From: Rhynchobatus australiae
Lineage: Eukaryota
Direction of reading: 5' to 3'
DNA length: 64,000 nt
Assembly: GCA_034780895.1 (NCBI GenBank)
Contig: JAUZTB010000135.1
Span: forward strand, 32,145,045 to 32,209,044
Part shown: positions 58,760 to 64,000 of the stretch, piece after piece
Layout: every line of letters starts with the position of its first letter
Position numbering within the stretch: position 1 is the first letter of the stretch
Notes under the pieces: generated by a model
What the model saw: the letters and a program-made list of their open reading frames with translations, nothing else
The model's database searches: none
What the model was told of the DNA's origin: nothing
Program-made: the position numbers and the translations under genes

Positions 58760-59460
58760 ATAGAGTTATACAGCACGGAAACAGGCCCTTCAGCCCCACT
58801 CATCCATGCCAGCCAAGAATTGGAAATGGAATTGGTTTATTATTGTCACATGTACTGACATACGGTAAAACAAAACTTTGTTTTGCGTGCCATCCATACA
58901 GGTCATTTCGAAACTTAGGTACATTGAGGCAGTACAAGGGAAAAGCAATAACAGTATGCTGAATATAATGTTACAGAGAAAGTGCCCATCTAAGCTGGAG
59001 CCATTTGACCACGTTTGGCCCACATCCCTCTCAACCTTTCCTATCCATGTACCTGTCCTAATGTCTTTTCAACGTTGTTATTGTAACTCTACCACTTCCT
59101 CTGGCAGCTTGTTCCATATATGCACCACACTCCGTGTGGAAAAGCTGCTCCTTGGGTTCCTATTAAATTTCTCCCCTCTCACCTTAAATCTATCTTGAAT
59201 CCCCAGCCCTGGGAAAAACACTGCATGCATTCACCCTGTCTATGCCCCTCATGATTTTATACTCCATAAGATCGCCCCACCAAGGAATAAAGTCCCAGTC
59301 TCCCCAACCTCTCCCTAGAGCTTGTTCTACTGTTTTGAACCTGTTTCGCAGACTGACATGTTACTGAGTCATACAGCTCAGAAACAAGCCCTTCAACCCA
59401 ACAAGTCTGACCTTTTTGTCCATCTATGCTACTCCCATTTGCCCACACTAGCCTATGCTG
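58760..59460 (-). mobile_element. Stacked CR1 3' tails with a nested Rex1-like tail (~58815-58980)
   Basis: acaggcccttcagccca tail motif twice; attggtttattattgtcacatgtac Rex tail. Confidence 0.65.
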
Positions 59461-59599
59461 GAACTGCTTGGTTTGAGTTCGCGACTGTGGGCTGTTTGTA
59501 TTGTGGCTGGGGTGTTGTCAAGTCCCAAAGCCCTCACTATATCCACTGCCCTCAGTCTTTTCTTGTTACCACATGGAGTGAATCAGACTTGTTGAATTA

Positions 59600-60780
59600 A
59601 TAATATGTTGGAGGAACTCAGTGGGTCGAGCAGCATCTGTGGGAAGAAAAGAATTGTCAATATTTCAGGTCAAAACCCTACATCATGAGTTCCTCCTGCA
59701 GATTGTTTGTTGCTCCAGATTCCAGCATCTGCAGTCTCTTATCTCTGCAGATTTGTTGAAGATTGCTTTCCATGATGGTGAGGATCTCCAGAGGAAGCCA
59801 TGATAGATCATCCACTCGACTCTTGAACCTGATGGCAAATGTTTCAACCTTGTCTTTAACAGTCATGTGCAGGGTCCCTCCCTCAATGAGGATGGGGATG
59901 TTCTTGGAGTCTCTTTCTCCTCCTATTAGCTGCTTAATTGTCCACCACCAGGTGTGGCAGGACTGCAGAGTTTAGATCTGATTGACCTCACTATTTCCTC
60001 ACTCTCTACACCTGCAGCTCTTCATCCTTGGTGCTTTCAACCTCCTGTCTTACTTAATCTTGTCCTCTGCATTCCCCTTGCAAATGTCACAACCCACCTG
60101 CATGATCACTCAGAGATACAAGACCTAATGTAGGGTTTTGACCCAAAACATTGACAATTCCTTCCCCCCTACAGATGCTGCTCAACCCGCTAAGTTCCTC
60201 CAGTGGATTGTTTGTTGCCTGATCACCCCTGCCTTTTGCGTTCNNNNNNNNNNNNNNNNNNNNNNNNNNNNNNNNNNNNNNNNNNNNNNNNNNNNNNNNN
60301 NNNNNNNNNNNNNNNNNNNNNNNNNNNNNNNNNNNNNNNNNNNNNNNNNNNNNNNNNNNNNNNNNNNNNNNNNNNNNNNNCACCTCCCATCCTCGGTCAC
60401 TATCCCCACTCTCCCCTCCTCCAGCTGCCTATCACCCCTCCTCAACTGGATCCCCCTTTCGCTTGCCAGCTCTTGCCCTATCCCTTCCCTCTACCTCTTT
60501 ATACTGACTATCTCCCCTCTGTTCTTTCAGTCCAGATGAAGGATCTCAACCTGAAATGTTGACTGAGAGGAAGGTGGAACATAGAATCAAATAAGGGAGG
60601 TGGGATGGGCAGATGGGAACAGTAGGGACCCAGTGGGAGAAGTGTTGTGTGAGTGATGGGTAGATGGAGAGGGCAGAGGAAGGAAAAGAAAGAGTGATTG
60701 ATGTTGGAAATGCCAGAAACATCGGCATCCCATGGAAGCTGCCTGACCTGCTGAGTTCCTCCAGCAGCTTGTTTTTTAAT
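59600..60780. repeat. Cluster of direct and inverted Penelope-derived terminal repeats in NTAQ1 intron 1
   Basis: ggaggaactcag / gagttcctcc motifs in both orientations; hammerhead-like cores at ~59655-59688 (-), ~60123-60155 (+), 60527-60566 (+). Confidence 0.6.
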
Positions 60781-60859
60781 TGGTCTTGTTATCTGTTCAC
60801 ATTTCTTGGGTACACTTTCTCCTGCCCTTCAGATCTGCTGGCAGCATCCCTCTCAAAGT

Positions 60860-61420
60860 AACATCATGCCCCTCCATCCTATAACTTGTCCTGGTTCAGC
60901 CATGTGGACGCTATTACCAAGAAAGCGCACCTTGTCTCTACTTCCCCAGAAGGCTAAGGAAAGTTGGTGTGTCCCCAATGTACCTCACCAATTTTTGCAG
61001 ATTCACCAGAGTAAGCATCCTGTCTGGATGCATCATAGCTTGGTATGGCACCTGCTCTGCCCAAGACCACAAGGAATTGCAGAGCATTGTGAACGCAGCC
61101 CAGTCCATCACGAACACCAGACTCCCACCCATGGACTCTGTCTACACTTCCTGCTGCCTCAGGAAAGCAGCTTGACTCTTGAACAGACCTCTTGTACAAT
61201 AAAGATGAACTCTTGATCTCCCAATCTACCTTATTGTGTCCTTTACACCTCAGTTGTTTACCAGTATTGCAGTTTCTCTATAATTGTAACATTATATTCT
61301 GAATTCTGTTATTGTTTTCTTTTGTATTACCTCAGTGTACTTTTGTATGGAATGATCCGCCTGAATGGCATGCAGACGAAAGCTTTTCACTGTAGTTTGG
61401 TACATTTAATAATAATACAC
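60860..61420 (+). mobile_element. Rex1/Babar-like LINE 3' fragment
   Basis: LTNFCR...SILSGCIIAWYGTCSAQDHKELQSIVNAAQSIT; homologous to 1-670. Confidence 0.75.
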
Positions 61421-61446
61421 GGTAATTATTTGACAATAATAACAGG

Positions 61447-61890
61447 CACAGTAGTGTAGTGGTTAGCATAATACTATTACAGCACCAGTGACCCAGGTTC
61501 AGTTCCTGCCACTGTCTGTAAGGACTTTGTACGTTCTCCCTGTGTCTGCATGGGTTTCCTCCGGGTGCTCCAGTTTCCTCCCACATTCCAGATACGTACG
61601 GGTTAGGAAGTTGTGGGCATGCTATGTTGGCACCGGAAGTATGGCGACACTTGTGGGCTGCCCCCAGAACANNNNNNNNNNNNNNNNNNNNNNNNNNNNN
61701 NNNNNNNNNNNNNNNNNNNNNNNNNNNNNNNNNNNNNNNNNNNNNNNNNNNNNNNNNNNNNNNNNNNNNNNTATGTTGGCGCCGGAAGCGTGGCGACACT
61801 TGCGGGCTGCCCCCAGAACACTCTACGCAAAAGGTGCATTTCACTGTGCGTTTCGGTGTACATGTGACTAATAAAGATATCTCATCTAAT
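61447..61890 (+). mobile_element. tRNA-derived V-SINE (HE1-like), internally gapped
   Basis: A and B boxes, V-like domain and tail as at 24030-24320. Confidence 0.8.
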
Positions 61891-62026
61891 AAACTGATTG
61901 CCAGTTATCGTTCTGTCACAACCTCCCTTTTCTAATGTTGCATCTTTTCTCATATAATGCATAGAATGTTTCAATTTCAGACATTTAATTTGCAAAGAAA
62001 ATCAATCCAGCATTGTGTCTTTACAG

Positions 62027-62126
62027 TGAAGAAAATGTATGGAAGCTTTGTGAATATATCAAGAACAAAAGGCAGCATCCTTTGGAAGAATGGTATGCTG
62101 TCTTCATATCAAATGATCAAAAGATG
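62027..62126 (+). CDS. NTAQ1: NTAQ1 coding exon 2 ([34 protein letters not shown]); gene continues beyond the window
   Basis: Matches recalled human [28 protein letters not shown]; ttacag / gtaagt, 100 nt. Confidence 0.95.
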
Positions 62127-63691
62127 GTAAGTGCAATTTACAATTAAAATGTGCATTTCCTTCAAATGAAGTACAAGAATTTTAATATACTTACCCCCAC
62201 CCTCACCCTCACCCAAAGAAACAGACATCCCAAGCAGAGTTCTTAGGGTTCAGCTGACTCACAGATTCAGGCTCATGTCTGTTGGGGTAGAACTCGAACC
62301 CATAACCTTCTGACACCAAGCGCATGGGACCATCCAATCCCTTATTCCGTCTGGAGGTGTGCTTGGTTAGAATTATATTTTGCAGCCAAATGAAGTACCC
62401 TGTTCCAGCATCACTGTTGTAATGTTGAAAGCCACAGATAGCAATGCAGTAATCACCAGGTGTGCGTGATATATATAAATAAAATATACTTTAAATGATA
62501 AATTTTGGTTGGAGCTCTGGAGAAAAATCTCCTGTTCATCTTCAGATAAGGGCACGATATCTCTTTCAAGTACCTAGGAGGGTAGATATCTCATTCCAAA
62601 GGCAGGAGCTACAGTGGTGCAGTGTGTCCTCAGCCTAGGTTTTTGTGTTTACATCTCAGCATGGGACTTAAACCCTCAACTTTTTATTCAGTGGGAAGAA
62701 TATGATCCACAGATCCATGATTAATACCTTACCGAGCACTAACAAGGAACTGAATAATTATGATTGGAGTCAAAACATAAATTTCTGATGTCTTATGATA
62801 TCTACAGCATGCATCTTAAAATACTTGAGACATGCCATCAACATCATCTCCAGGAAATCCTCCAAATTTACTTGAAGGATAAGTGAATCAATGTCAGTGT
62901 CCCCCACTCAGTCAATTGAGAATATAATTATACTTGATTGGCTCTGATGGACAGACCACACCACTCACAGGTCTGGGAACGTGGTTGATGGTTGGCATTG
63001 ACTTGACAGACTAAAGTGTTGTATCTCTCTATCACTCTGACATTGAACTCCTGAAATTGACGCCTTATCCAAGCTCTGCCATGGGAAGAGATTTCCAGGC
63101 AAACGGAGGGAGAAAATTCAAGAGAGGGACACAAGAGGAACTGCATTTGCTGGAATCTGGAGCAATACATAAACTGTTGGAGGAACTCAGCAGGTCAGGC
63201 AGCATCTGTGGAGGGAAATGGACAGTTGACCTCCCAGATTGAGAACTTTCATCTGGACTGAAGGGAATTCAAGGGTATTCTCAAAGCCCCTTTGGGGAAA
63301 ATGCAGCATCCTCACCAACACATGAGAATCTCCAGCCCATGGCTGCCCAAACTGGAGAAGGAGCATTTGGGGAGGGAGCAAGAACTTCACTCATGTGATT
63401 GGAGCGCACAGGAGCCCAGAGTAAATGGCAGGAGGAGTGCACCGCCTCCCAAACAGTCAGGCAATTCCTGCCACACTGTGGAAAAGTCTATAGAGTGGCA
63501 TGGTGGCACAAATTGGGGTTCAATCCTGATCTCCTTCAGTGCTGCTGTGCAAGGTTTGCACATTCTCCCTGTAACTACATGGGTTCCCGCAGGGTGCTTC
63601 CCATGTCCCAGAGAGGTGCTAGTGGGTTAATTGGCTACAGTAATTTACCCTTAGTGTAGCTCAGTGGCAAAAGAGTCAAAAGGGAGTTGAT

Positions 63692-63693
<2 letters not shown>

Positions 63694-63748
<55 letters not shown>
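63694..63748. repeat. (TG)n(AG)n microsatellite within a decayed V-SINE-like element (~63497-63860)
   Basis: Direct dinucleotide runs; flanking ttgcacattctccctgt V-like motif and CR1-type tail. Confidence 0.85.
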
Positions 63749-63749
<1 letters not shown>

Positions 63750-64000
63750 ATAAGTTGCAGGGGTTCAGGGAAATGAGAGGGAGAATGGCACTAATAAGAT
63801 TGTTTTTTTTTCAGAGCTGGCATAGACCTGATGGGCCAAATGGCCTTTTTCTCTGTTGTAAGATGTAGTGTATTTAAATTCCAAACTGGTGTCGTCTGTC
63901 AGCTCTGAATCTATAGAACTGGAGTGGAAATAAATGATTCTCGATCCTGAGCAAGGAACTGGCAAGGAAGAAGAATTCTTCCAGTTAGCCATTTTTTTGT

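Overview
Eukaryotic, intron-rich vertebrate DNA. The repeat content (HE1/V-SINE-like, Deu-SINE-like, CR1, Rex1, Penelope-like) suggests a cartilaginous fish, which is an inference. The window holds a complete 28-exon ATAD2 gene (AAA+ ATPase/bromodomain) on the minus strand. Its CDS spans 52586 to 8110 (about 1352 aa if the gapped exon 22 is 160 nt as in human), and I traced it exon by exon with GT-AG junctions and consistent phases. Divergent from it are the first two coding exons of NTAQ1/WDYHV1 on the plus strand (58564-58658, 62027-62126). A CpG island at about 5.2-6.1 kb carries a non-coding minus-strand first exon, probably ZHX1 by human synteny. Most short ORFs in the track are spurious or decayed retroelements. 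Top leads: (1) a dispersed Penelope-derived repeat with a minimal hammerhead-ribozyme fold, sharing a U4->A core variant; (2) a candidate 38-nt frameshifting poison exon or alternative terminal exon in ATAD2 intron 24; (3) a TSD-flanked Tx1/L1 insertion abutting the ATAD2 promoter. All protein and repeat family assignments come from recalled motifs, not database searches.
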